From assembly GCA_951406725.2 (NCBI GenBank), contig OX597832.1, forward strand, positions 18,352,001-18,416,000: a DNA stretch of 64,000 nt. The letters are read 5' to 3'. Source of the stretch: Octopus vulgaris. Its lineage: Eukaryota. The first letter of the stretch is position 1. The number at the start of each line of letters is the position of its first letter. The position numbers were made by a program, and so were the translations under genes. Positions 63,554 through 64,000 of this stretch are shown one piece after another. A model generated the notes under the pieces. It saw only the letters and a program-made list of their open reading frames with translations. It searched no databases and was not told where the DNA came from.

Positions 63554-63940
63554 GGATGGAAGCACTCCGTCGGTTACGACGACGAGGATTCCGGTTGATC
63601 CGATCAACGGAACAGCCTGCTCGTGAAATTAACGTGCAAGTGGCTGAGCATTCCACAGACACGTGTACTCTTAACGTAGTTCTCCGGGGATATTCAGCGT
63701 GACACAGAGTGTGACAAGGCCGGCCCTTTGAAATACAGGTACAACAGAAACAGGAAGTAAGAGTGAGAGAAAGTTGCGGTGAAAGAGTACAGCAGGGATC
63801 ACCACCATCCCTGCCGGAGCCTCATGGAGCTTCAGGTGTTTTCGCTCAATAAACACTCACAACGCCCGGTCTAGGAATCGAAACCGCGATCCTACGACCG
63901 CGAGTCCGCTGACCTGACCACTGGGCCATTGCGCCTCCAC
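63554..63940 (-). mobile_element. Full-length SINE family C1 with 12-bp TSD
   Basis: TSD aagcgttgagat at 63542-63553 and 63941-63952; matches 9801-10190. Confidence 0.93.
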
Positions 63941-64000
63941 AAGCGTTGAGATAATAGTTAGATTAACTCCATGAGATGGCTCATAGCAGGACATTTGGAA

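Overview
AT-rich, microsatellite-dense, repeat-dominated animal genomic DNA. The SINE families and TTAGGG telomere-type repeats suggest an octopus or other coleoid cephalopod (inference). I cannot support any host protein-coding gene: almost all listed ORFs are translated microsatellites or SINE fragments. Recognisable coding sequence is limited to transposon relics, namely a Penelope-like GIY-YIG endonuclease C-terminus (25162-25506), mariner transposase fragments and RTE/CR1 LINE 3' ends. An ~8.5 kb near-identical duplication (5383-13838 vs 13939-22460) flanks a 100-N gap and is probably an uncollapsed haplotype overlap. The most striking signal is four unrelated fold-back (inverted-repeat) elements between 24.0 and 37.7 kb. 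Each sits in (TA)n and carries a type I hammerhead ribozyme motif (CUGANGA...GAAA...NUH, one with a variant CCGAAGA core) with a palindromic or near-palindromic stem III. One is a non-coding 501-bp circularly permuted, retrozyme-like monomer. Degenerate hammerheads occur elsewhere, one behind a tRNA-like head. Also present: a TIR element enclosing a telomere-like array, a complete non-autonomous Helitron, a Tigger-like MITE and many SINEs of at least four families. All structures were read by eye; no database search or folding program was run.
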